DNA of 6,593 nucleotides from a virus (lineage: Duplodnaviria; Heunggongvirae; Uroviricota; Caudoviricetes), in IMG/VR virus record IMGVR_UViG_2541047119_000019, positions 1 through 6,593 of that record; one strand, 5' to 3'. Below, one piece after another: positions 1 through 5,411 of the stretch (the first letter of the stretch is position 1; each line of letters begins with the position of its first letter). Made by a program: the position numbers and the translations under genes. Below the pieces are notes generated by a model. That model did not search any database. It was not told the origin of the DNA and saw only the letters and a program-made list of their open reading frames with translations.

Positions 1-299
1 GTTACCTCACAGCTGATACTGAGGGTTTCCGGGTCCTCTGCGAGCGATTCTGGCTGTTCGGCAGCTGCATCGAGAGTCACAGGAAGTAGCTGGGGGCTCT
101 CTGAAGAAGGTAATAGCAGCTTTCCCTCGCGCCATTGTTGTCGCCATTTGAACAACAGATTGGCGTTAATGCCATTTTCAAGAGCAAGTTTTGAGATGGA
201 TATCCCGGGTTCACAGGAGGCAGCAACGAGCTGCTGTTTAAATTCGGGAGGATAATTAGGGCAGCCTTTTCGCCTGCCGGGAGTCACATTTTTCTGCAT
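1..299 (-). CDS. IS-type transposase OrfA/TnpA, helix-turn-helix (HTH_Tnp_1 / PF01527-like), N-terminal ~99 aa; 3' end outside window
   Basis: Manual minus-strand translation from ATG (plus 299-297) gives MQKNVTPGRRKGCPNYPPEFKQQLVAASCEPGISISKLALENGINANLLFKWRQQWREGKLLLPSSESPQLLPVTLDAAAEQPESLAEDPETLSISCEV with no stop to position 1. The PEFK...GxSxxxLAxxxGI...LxxWRxQ pattern is typical of IS3/IS66 OrfA HTH proteins. It is absent from the ORF track because it has no stop inside the window. Confidence 0.7.
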   Translation of the reverse strand, partial: MQKNVTPGRRKGCPNYPPEFKQQLVAASCEPGISISKLALENGINANLLFKWRQQWREGKLLLPSSESPQLLPVTLDAAAEQPESLAEDPETLSISCEV

Positions 300-391
300 A
301 TCTGATACTTTGGTTCCCACTACTTATTTGGTGGGCACCACTTTGTCTAATTCGTCAGATTCTGACCAGACGGTTCAGGCTGTACGCTTAC
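1..391 (-). mobile_element. Terminal part of an insertion sequence (IS66-family-like), partial; body continues beyond window start
   Basis: The minus strand of 385-391 reads GTAAGCG, the motif I recall as the start of IS66-family terminal inverted repeats. It lies 92 bp upstream of the minus-strand transposase start at 299. The other end and any target duplication are outside the window, so the boundary is inferred. Confidence 0.5.
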
Positions 392-411
392 TTTTTAAGG
401 AAGGTAAATAC

Positions 412-972
412 ATGCTGATTGGCTATATACGCGTATCAACAAATGACCAGAACACCGGTTTACAAAGAAATGCGCTGGAATGTGCAGGATGTGAGCAGAT
501 TTTTGAAGACAAAATGAGTGGTAAAACGACACAGCGGCCGGGACTGAAGCGGGCACTGAAGAAACTAAAACCCGGTGACACGCTGATGGTCTGGAAACTG
601 GACAGGCTGGGGCGCAGTATGCGCCACCTTGTTGCGCTGACAGATGAATTACAGCAACAGGGGATAAATTTTCGTAGTCTTACTGACAACATTGATACGT
701 CAACCCCCATGGGGCGCTTCTTTTTTCACATAATGGGTGCGCTGGCAGAAATGGAGCGTGAATTAATTGTCGAACGGACACGGGCTGGTCTTGCAGCTGC
801 CCGTGAAAGGGGACGAACCGGCGGCAGACCCCGCCGTCTCACGCAGGAACAATACGAGCAGGTCGGGCGTTTACTGGCCGGGGGTGTCAGTCGAAGACAG
901 GTGGCACTTATTTTTGATATCGGTCTTTCAACCCTTTATCGTTATTATCCTGCGAGCGTTTCGGAAAAATAA
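412..972 (+). CDS. Serine-recombinase DNA invertase, Gin/Pin/Cin/Hin (Din) family
   Basis: From ATG 412 the product begins MLIGYIRVSTNDQNTGLQRNALECAGCEQIFEDK..., with the catalytic Ser in RVSTNDQ, the WKLDRLGRS and GINFRSLTD...MGRFFFH...ALAEMERELIVERT blocks, and a C-terminal HTH (GVSRRQVALIFDIGLSTLYRY). This is near-colinear with my recollection of Gin/Pin. SD AAGGAAGG at 397-404 sits 7 nt before the ATG. The track start at TTG 310 is rejected. Confidence 0.93.
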   Translation: MLIGYIRVSTNDQNTGLQRNALECAGCEQIFEDKMSGKTTQRPGLKRALKKLKPGDTLMVWKLDRLGRSMRHLVALTDELQQQGINFRSLTDNIDTSTPMGRFFFHIMGALAEMERELIVERTRAGLAAARERGRTGGRPRRLTQEQYEQVGRLLAGGVSRRQVALIFDIGLSTLYRYYPASVSEK

Positions 973-1071
973 GACGCTCTCTTTGTTGGGCCTTTACTGA
1001 ATTAACGCAAAATGGCGTTTATCGGTCTGTGGATATGATAATTCAGTTTATTCAGGAACAGGCTGATTATT

Positions 1072-3111
1072 ATGACGTCCAAATGGGTTCAACTATCATC
1101 AATGCCCGGAAACTTTACTGTTAAAGTTTCCGGTGGTACAGCGGCATTTCTTGAGGCTCCCTTTCCTCCGGCCGAAACAAAAGGAGGAATGACATTTGCT
1201 GACTGTCTCATCAGTTTTAATACACGGGATTGCCTGTGGGTAAGGCCAGTATCCGGTGATCCGAGTGTGGAAATTACCGGAGCGGGTATTGGTGCGGTCA
1301 TTCCGTTAAGTGCTGATGTTGCCGGTACTGCTGAACCGTCAGACTGGGATAATGCTGAAACACATACCCGTCCGTCAGGAAATGAAACTGCTTCCAGCTC
1401 CCCTTCCTGGTATTACGTGGTGGTTCTTGCTGGTCAGTCAAACGGTATGGCTTACGGTGAAGGTCTGCCACTGCCGGAGACATATGACCGCCCCGAACCG
1501 CGTATTATGCAGTTAGCCCGTCGCAGTACAGTCACGCCGGGAGGTAAAGCCTGTCAGTATAACGACATCATTCTGGCCGACCACTGTCTGCATGATGTGC
1601 AGGATATGAGTGGAAAAAATCACCCGAAAGCGGATGTGGCTAAAGGGCAATATGGCACCGTGGGTCAGGGGCTTCACATTGCCAAAAAACTGCTGCCGTT
1701 TATTCCGGCAGATGCGGGGATTCTGCTGGTTCCCTGCTGCCGTGGTGGTTCTGCATTCACGGCGGGTGCTGACGGCACGTACAGTGACAGCACGGGTGCT
1801 TCAGAGGACTCAGCCCGCTGGGGTGTGGATAAGCCGCTGTATAAGGACTTAATCAGCCGGACAAAAGCGGCACTGGCGAAGAACCCGAAAAACCGCCTGC
1901 TTGCTGTGGTGTGGATGCAGGGCGAGTTTGATATTGATGCGAAGCCGACGGAGCATTCTGCGCTGTTTCTGGCGATGGTGGAAAAATTCCGCGCAGACCT
2001 GGCTGAACAGGCGGAACAGTGTACCGGTGGCAGTGCTGCTGGCGTTCCGTGGATTTGTGGCGATACCACGTATTTCTGGAAACAGAAAAATGAACCAGCA
2101 TACCAGGCAATCTATGGCGGCTACAAAAACAAAACAGATAAAAACATTCATTTCGTTCCATTAATGACAGATGAAAATGGCGTGAATGTACCCACCAACA
2201 ATCCGGCAGAAGACCCGGATATTGAATCCATTGGTTATTACGGCTCAACGTGGCGTAACAGTGCCGCTACCTGGACATCTGCGGACCGGGCCAGCCATTT
2301 CAGTGCCTGGGCGCGCCGGGGTATTATTTCTGACCGTCTGGCCACGGCTGTTCTGACTCATGCAGGGCGAACCACAGTAAAAGCCGATGTTCCATCTTCT
2401 GAAACTGAAGCACCAGTGCCGTCACCTTCAGAAACTGAAGCAGTAACCACAACACTGCTGTCTTACCGTGTCAGTGAGTCAGAAGGAAATCTGAAAGCCC
2501 AGGGCTGGGAGCCGGCTGGCGGTAAAGCTGAAATTATCAGTGATGCAGGAGGCACAGGTGGTAAGGCAATGAAACTGACCAAGGAAACAGGTAAATCATC
2601 CTGGTATCTGGATCATGATGCCGGTACTGGTGCTGAACTGCTGAAAAATGGTGGTTTAATCAGTTGTCGTTTTAAAGTACCTGGCGACCTGGTGGCAAAC
2701 CAGTATGTCATGGCGCTTTACTGGCCGGTTTCCTCTCTGCCGCAGGGTGTCACCCTGACAGGGGATGCAGGGAATAATCTGCTGGCATCGTTCTACATCC
2801 AGACAGACGCAAAAGACCTGAATGTGATGTACCACAATGCAAAAGTGGCAACAAATAACCAGAAACTGGGAACCTTTGGTGCATTTGATAATGAATGGCA
2901 TACGCTGGCCTTCCGTTTTGCAGGAAATAACAGCCTTCAGGTTATTCCGGTTATTGATGGTCAGGATGGTGCCGCGTTTACCCTGACGCAGTCACCAGTA
3001 GGAACTTTCCCGGTGGACAAACTCCGCGTAACGGATATCACCAAAAATGCAACTTACCCGGTGCTGATTGACAGCATTGTGGTGGAAGTGAAAAAAGCGG
3101 TAACAGAATAA
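1072..3111 (+). CDS. SASA/SGNH-family carbohydrate esterase (sialate O-acetylesterase-like, resembling prophage NanS-p), with Pro/Ser/Thr/Glu linker and C-terminal putative carbohydrate-binding domain
   Basis: 679-aa ORF. It carries the YYVVVLAGQSNGMAYGEG block (GQSN catalytic-serine motif of sialate O-acetylesterase / DUF303-type SGNH hydrolases), then CRGGS and VVWMQGEFD blocks. A repetitive SSETEAPVPSPSETEA linker separates a ~220-aa C-terminal domain. Start choice (ATG 1072 versus internal ATG 1102) is uncertain. Confidence 0.78.
   Translation: MTSKWVQLSSMPGNFTVKVSGGTAAFLEAPFPPAETKGGMTFADCLISFNTRDCLWVRPVSGDPSVEITGAGIGAVIPLSADVAGTAEPSDWDNAETHTRPSGNETASSSPSWYYVVVLAGQSNGMAYGEGLPLPETYDRPEPRIMQLARRSTVTPGGKACQYNDIILADHCLHDVQDMSGKNHPKADVAKGQYGTVGQGLHIAKKLLPFIPADAGILLVPCCRGGSAFTAGADGTYSDSTGASEDSARWGVDKPLYKDLISRTKAALAKNPKNRLLAVVWMQGEFDIDAKPTEHSALFLAMVEKFRADLAEQAEQCTGGSAAGVPWICGDTTYFWKQKNEPAYQAIYGGYKNKTDKNIHFVPLMTDENGVNVPTNNPAEDPDIESIGYYGSTWRNSAATWTSADRASHFSAWARRGIISDRLATAVLTHAGRTTVKADVPSSETEAPVPSPSETEAVTTTLLSYRVSESEGNLKAQGWEPAGGKAEIISDAGGTGGKAMKLTKETGKSSWYLDHDAGTGAELLKNGGLISCRFKVPGDLVANQYVMALYWPVSSLPQGVTLTGDAGNNLLASFYIQTDAKDLNVMYHNAKVATNNQKLGTFGAFDNEWHTLAFRFAGNNSLQVIPVIDGQDGAAFTLTQSPVGTFPVDKLRVTDITKNATYPVLIDSIVVEVKKAVTE
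2398..2442 (+). repeat. Short in-frame tandem-like direct repeat (TCTGAAACTGAAGCA / TCAGAAACTGAAGCA, 30-bp period) encoding the SETEA linker
   Basis: Two 15-bp copies at 2398-2412 and 2428-2442, 14/15 identical, read directly from the sequence inside the esterase ORF. Confidence 0.85.
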
Positions 3112-3117
3112 AAAAAT

Positions 3118-3144
3118 CCCGCCGGTCATGATATGGCTGGCGGG
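3118..3144. terminator. GC-rich hairpin just after the esterase stop; possible terminator, orientation ambiguous
   Basis: CCCGCCGG (3118-3125), 11-nt loop, CTGGCGGG (3137-3144): 8 bp with one G-U pair. An A6 run precedes it, which would be a U-tract on the minus strand. No U-tract follows on the plus strand. Confidence 0.35.
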
Positions 3145-3257
3145 AGCTACCTAACCCATAAAGGAAAATAAAAATACTCCCGAAGGAGTGGTTATCAGTC
3201 GCTTCGATGTTTTTACCCGATAACGAATTATGTAGTCAATATCAAAGGTAAGGTTAT

Positions 3258-3440
3258 ATGACATTCGTTCATACAATGCTGCTTTATTTCTGCGCTGTGG
3301 TCAGTGCGTTATATCTGGTGAGCGGCGGTTATAAGGTCATCAGAAATTATATTCGCCGTAAAATTGATGATGCGGCAGCTGAAAAACTCAGTAAAACAGC
3401 ACAGGCACCGTCATCCCCAAACGACCCGACCCCGCTCTGA
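3258..3440 (+). CDS. Small hypothetical membrane protein (60 aa, one predicted N-terminal TM helix followed by a basic segment)
   Basis: ATG 3258 is preceded by AAGGTAAGG (3245-3253). The hydrophobic stretch TMLLYFCAVVSALYLVSGGY is followed by KVIRNYIRRK. No family recognised. Confidence 0.55.
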   Translation: MTFVHTMLLYFCAVVSALYLVSGGYKVIRNYIRRKIDDAAAEKLSKTAQAPSSPNDPTPL

Positions 3441-3475
3441 TAACGGGGCAATATACCTGCAAAAGGAGAATATTC

Positions 3476-3721
3476 ATGCCAGAGATTAAAGGCACGGTTA
3501 CTGAAGAGCTTGTCAAACAGGCACTTTATTCTGAAGAAGTGAACCGCGTGCTGAAGGCGCAGGTTCGCAAGGATTTTGAGGCACAAATCGACGCATATGT
3601 TGATGAAGTGCTGGCCCGAATGGTTGGCCGTTCTCCGGCTGAAAACAGCACGGAAAATGATCCTCAACCCGTAGAGCAACCAGAGCCGGTTCAGCCCGGA
3701 ACTGACGGTACTATGATGTAA
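3476..3721 (+). CDS. Small hypothetical acidic protein (81 aa), predicted helical N-terminal half and Pro/Glu-rich tail
   Basis: ATG 3476 is preceded by a strong SD AAGGAG (3463-3468, 7-nt spacing). It lies 35 bp after the previous small ORF, suggesting a two-gene unit. No family recognised. Confidence 0.6.
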   Translation: MPEIKGTVTEELVKQALYSEEVNRVLKAQVRKDFEAQIDAYVDEVLARMVGRSPAENSTENDPQPVEQPEPVQPGTDGTMM

Positions 3722-3730
3722 CAATACCGA

Positions 3731-3750
3731 CCGGCAGGTTTCCCTGCCGG
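3731..3750 (+). terminator. Candidate intrinsic terminator after the small-ORF pair
   Basis: Perfect 8-bp stem CCGGCAGG / CCTGCCGG with 4-nt loop TTTC, followed by the T-rich GTGAGTTTGTTAATG. Confidence 0.5.
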
Positions 3751-4076
3751 GTGAGTTTGTTAATGCACGTTTTGTGTATTTTCCCTCCTGGGAGAACAGG
3801 CAGGACATATCAGCATCCTGAAACAGGAAGCATTTTTGGGTTTGTATGTCTTGCCATTTTGAGATCGAGAACGGCGATAGATGAGCTGTAAGGGAGTCTT
3901 ACAGGCAGGGCAAACAGGCTCTTTCATCCATGATAAAGATCTCCTTTTTATGCATCTCTGCTTTACAGGAGACTGGGGAATATCATAGGATACGCCACGA
4001 GCTCGAAGTAAAGCATTGATGCAAAATTGTCTAAATCGGCCCAGAATAGTTCGCGCTATCTGGGTCGCTCTTTATG

Positions 4077-4112
4077 TATGTAGTATCCCATTGATTTGAA
4101 ACATACTACATA
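4077..4112. promoter_or_regulatory. Perfect 10-bp inverted repeat (TATGTAGTAT-N16-ATACTACATA); candidate operator or structured element
   Basis: Arms at 4077-4086 and 4103-4112 are exact reverse complements, in the AT-rich non-coding region upstream of com-mom. Confidence 0.3.
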
Positions 4113-4147
4113 TACGCGCGATCCTACCTTCACTATATAAAAAGTCA

Positions 4148-4165
4148 ATAAAATGATCATTTTAT
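4148..4165. promoter_or_regulatory. 18-bp perfect palindrome centred on a Dam site (ATAAAATGATCATTTTAT); candidate methylation-sensitive regulator binding site
   Basis: Read directly; a second GATC lies 11 bp away at 4166-4169 and another at 4120-4123. Confidence 0.35.
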
Positions 4166-4272
4166 GATCGTTTTCACCACCTAACTCTTCGTTTTCTTTA
4201 AGTAAATAATCACCTACCTGAATCATTGTTGATGACTTTTCAATCTATTTGTTGTATCAATTAAACAAATCG

Positions 4273-4297
4273 AATCGATCGTTTTTGTCGATCGATT
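4273..4297. promoter_or_regulatory. Inverted repeat AATCGATCG-N7-CGATCGATT with a GATC in each arm, 44 bp upstream of the com start; candidate operator / Dam-sensitive site
   Basis: Arms at 4273-4281 and 4289-4297 are exact reverse complements, with GATC at 4277-4280 and 4290-4293. Confidence 0.35.
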
Positions 4298-4340
4298 GCA
4301 TGAGAAAGGCATCAACAACAAAGCAGGAGGTTATGCGGCC

Positions 4341-4541
4341 ATGTATCGAAACATACGGTGCCGACACTGCAATAAGCTACTGGCACGGGCCAGTTTCAGT
4401 TATCTGGAAGTAAAATGTCCGCGCTGTAAAACCCTCAATCAAATCACATCTCCGAGCGCCACAGAGCACCCCACATACACAAGGAAATCCTGTCGTGGGG
4501 AACAGAAAGCAAGTCACATCCCGAATCATCAGCACGCCTGA
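4341..4541 (+). CDS. com: Com-like zinc-finger translational activator (phage Mu Com homologue)
   Basis: From ATG 4341 (SD AGGAGG 4324-4329) the 66-aa product is [34 protein letters not shown]...EHPT.... The two CxxC pairs and the IRC..CNKLL...CPRCK...EHPT pattern match my recollection of Mu Com. Its 3' end overlaps the next ORF out of frame, as com overlaps mom in Mu. The track start at TTG 4296 is rejected. Confidence 0.82.
   Translation: MYRNIRCRHCNKLLARASFSYLEVKCPRCKTLNQITSPSATEHPTYTRKSCRGEQKASHIPNHQHA
4469..4500 (+). promoter_or_regulatory. mRNA stem-loop sequestering the predicted mom SD and GUG start (translation-inhibition-structure-like)
   Basis: CCCCAC (4469-4474) pairs with GTGGGG (4495-4500); the GTG is the predicted mom start. 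The 20-nt loop contains AAGGA (4481-4485). This is analogous to the Mu mom TIS that Com binding relieves. Confidence 0.5.
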
Positions 4542-5232
4542 ACTTATTCGCTATAACGACAATATCGTTGGTTATGGCTCCCGTGAGTTGCGGGTTGAGA
4601 CAATAAGTTGCTGGCTGGCCAGACTGGTCATCGTCAATAAACATTACAGCCACCGTTTCGTAAATAACTCCTACCTTCATCTGGGCATATTTTCAGAACG
4701 GGAACTTGTTGGCGTAATGCAATGGGGTTACGCCCTTAACCCAAACAGTGGTGCACGCGTCGTAACGGGTACGCAGAACCGAGAATATATGGAGCTTAAC
4801 CGGCTATGGCTGCATGACTGTATGCCGAGAAACTCCGAATCAAGGGCAATCAGTTACGCGCTCAAGCTAATCAGGCAGCTTTATCCGCAGGTACAGTGGG
4901 TTCAGTCGTTTGCAGATGAGCGTTGTGGCTGTCTTGGTGTCGTGTATCAGGCAAGCAATTTTGATTATGTAGGCAGCCATGAATCAATATTCTATGAACT
5001 TGATGGCGAGTGGTATCACGAGATTTGCAGGAATGCCATTAAACGAGGCGGACAACGAGGTGAACATCTGAGGGCTAATATTGACAGAGCCAATGTTCAT
5101 AAGTTCCGACAGTTTCGTTACATCCGGTTTCTGAACAAGAGGGCCAAAAAACGCCTCAACACAAAGCTATTCAAAGTCCAGCCTTACCCAAAACCACAAA
5201 CAGTTAAAACTGGTTTGAAAGAGAGTGAATGA
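4495..5232 (+). CDS. mom: Mom-like DNA modification protein (phage Mu Mom homologue; adenine N6-methylcarbamoyl/acetamido modification, anti-restriction)
   Basis: 245-aa ORF immediately downstream of and overlapping the com-like gene (4495-4541) in another frame. GTG 4495 is the first start codon after the frame opens at 4414, with AAGGA 9 nt upstream. Size is close to Mu Mom. The call rests mainly on synteny with the clearly Com-like gene; the Mom sequence was not matched from memory. Confidence 0.75.
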   Translation: MGNRKQVTSRIISTPELIRYNDNIVGYGSRELRVETISCWLARLVIVNKHYSHRFVNNSYLHLGIFSERELVGVMQWGYALNPNSGARVVTGTQNREYMELNRLWLHDCMPRNSESRAISYALKLIRQLYPQVQWVQSFADERCGCLGVVYQASNFDYVGSHESIFYELDGEWYHEICRNAIKRGGQRGEHLRANIDRANVHKFRQFRYIRFLNKRAKKRLNTKLFKVQPYPKPQTVKTGLKESE

Positions 5233-5263
5233 GCGCTTAAAAACTCATTCTAAAACTCAAAAG

Positions 5264-5308
5264 AAAAGCGCCGATTTAGTATCAAATAAGTTGCGTATCG
5301 GCGTTTTT
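5264..5308. terminator. A-tract / hairpin / T-tract element after mom; candidate bidirectional terminator or IS-end structure
   Basis: AAAAGCGCCGAT (5264-5275) pairs with ATCGGCGTTTTT (5297-5308), one G-U pair, around a long 21-nt loop. A second 7-bp hairpin GAATGAG/CTCATTC (5227-5250) spans the mom stop. Confidence 0.4.
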
Positions 5309-5411
5309 CAGCAGTATCAAATGAAATGCAAATCGGTATCAAAAAAATCGCCGCGCTATACTACAGGCATTTAAATTCCAGTTAAGACCAGGTGGTCAAC
5401 AGGAGCGTGAA

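Noticed and set aside
172-199. Imperfect palindrome CCATTTTCAAGAGCAAGTTTTGAGATGG, which at first looked like a Din-family (hix/gix-like) crossover site
   Set aside because: The dyad symmetry is only about 8 of 14 per half. It lacks the AAACC/GGTTT core and lies inside the minus-strand transposase coding sequence (codons for ...SISKLALENG...). It is most likely coincidental.
310-411. N-terminal extension of the invertase ORF from TTG 310, as given in the ORF track
   Set aside because: The conserved serine-recombinase N-terminus (MLIGYIRVST) begins at ATG 412 with a good SD. The extension has no homology and overlaps the inferred IS terminus.
443-468. Partial match to a gix-like half-site (GGTTTACAAAGA) inside the invertase 5' coding region
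   Set aside because: Only one half resembles the consensus. The sequence is constrained by conserved codons, so it cannot be distinguished from coding constraint without comparative or functional data.
423-710. Minus-strand 95-aa ORF inside the invertase gene
   Set aside because: It lies wholly antisense to a well-supported conserved CDS and has no SD or recognisable product. It is likely spurious.
767-1000. Plus-strand 77-aa ORF overlapping the invertase 3' end in another frame
   Set aside because: It overlaps a conserved CDS out of frame, with no SD and a low-complexity product.
1019-1041. TTATC...GATAA inverted 5-mers between the invertase and esterase genes, reminiscent of hix site ends
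   Set aside because: The element is too short (23 bp) and lacks the internal A/T-tract symmetry of real Din sites.
1089-2901. Several minus- and plus-strand ORFs of 61 to 131 aa (1089-1301, 1298-1483, 1310-1516, 1610-1852, 1674-2069, 1849-2151, 1853-2248, 1901-2164, 2656-2901) inside the esterase gene
   Set aside because: All are embedded in or antisense to the 679-aa esterase ORF, which has recognisable catalytic motifs. Their products are Cys/Arg-rich with no plausible signals.
3347-3808. Minus-strand 153-aa ORF overlapping both small plus-strand ORFs
   Set aside because: The two plus-strand ORFs have strong SDs and are bounded by hairpins. The antisense product is low-complexity with no recognisable features.
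4296-4340. TTG 4296 as the start of the com-like ORF
   Set aside because: ATG 4341 is preceded by AGGAGG and gives a protein colinear with Mu Com. The TTG would add 15 unrelated residues overlapping the upstream palindrome.
4444-4680. Minus-strand 78-aa ORF antisense to the com/mom overlap
   Set aside because: It is antisense to two supported genes and has no SD.
5233-5411. Possibility that this segment is a Mu-type right end (attR) following mom
   Set aside because: No Mu-end-like repeated transposase-binding motifs are recognisable. The segment leads directly into a TnpB N-terminal coding region, so an IS200/IS605 end or terminator is the better explanation.
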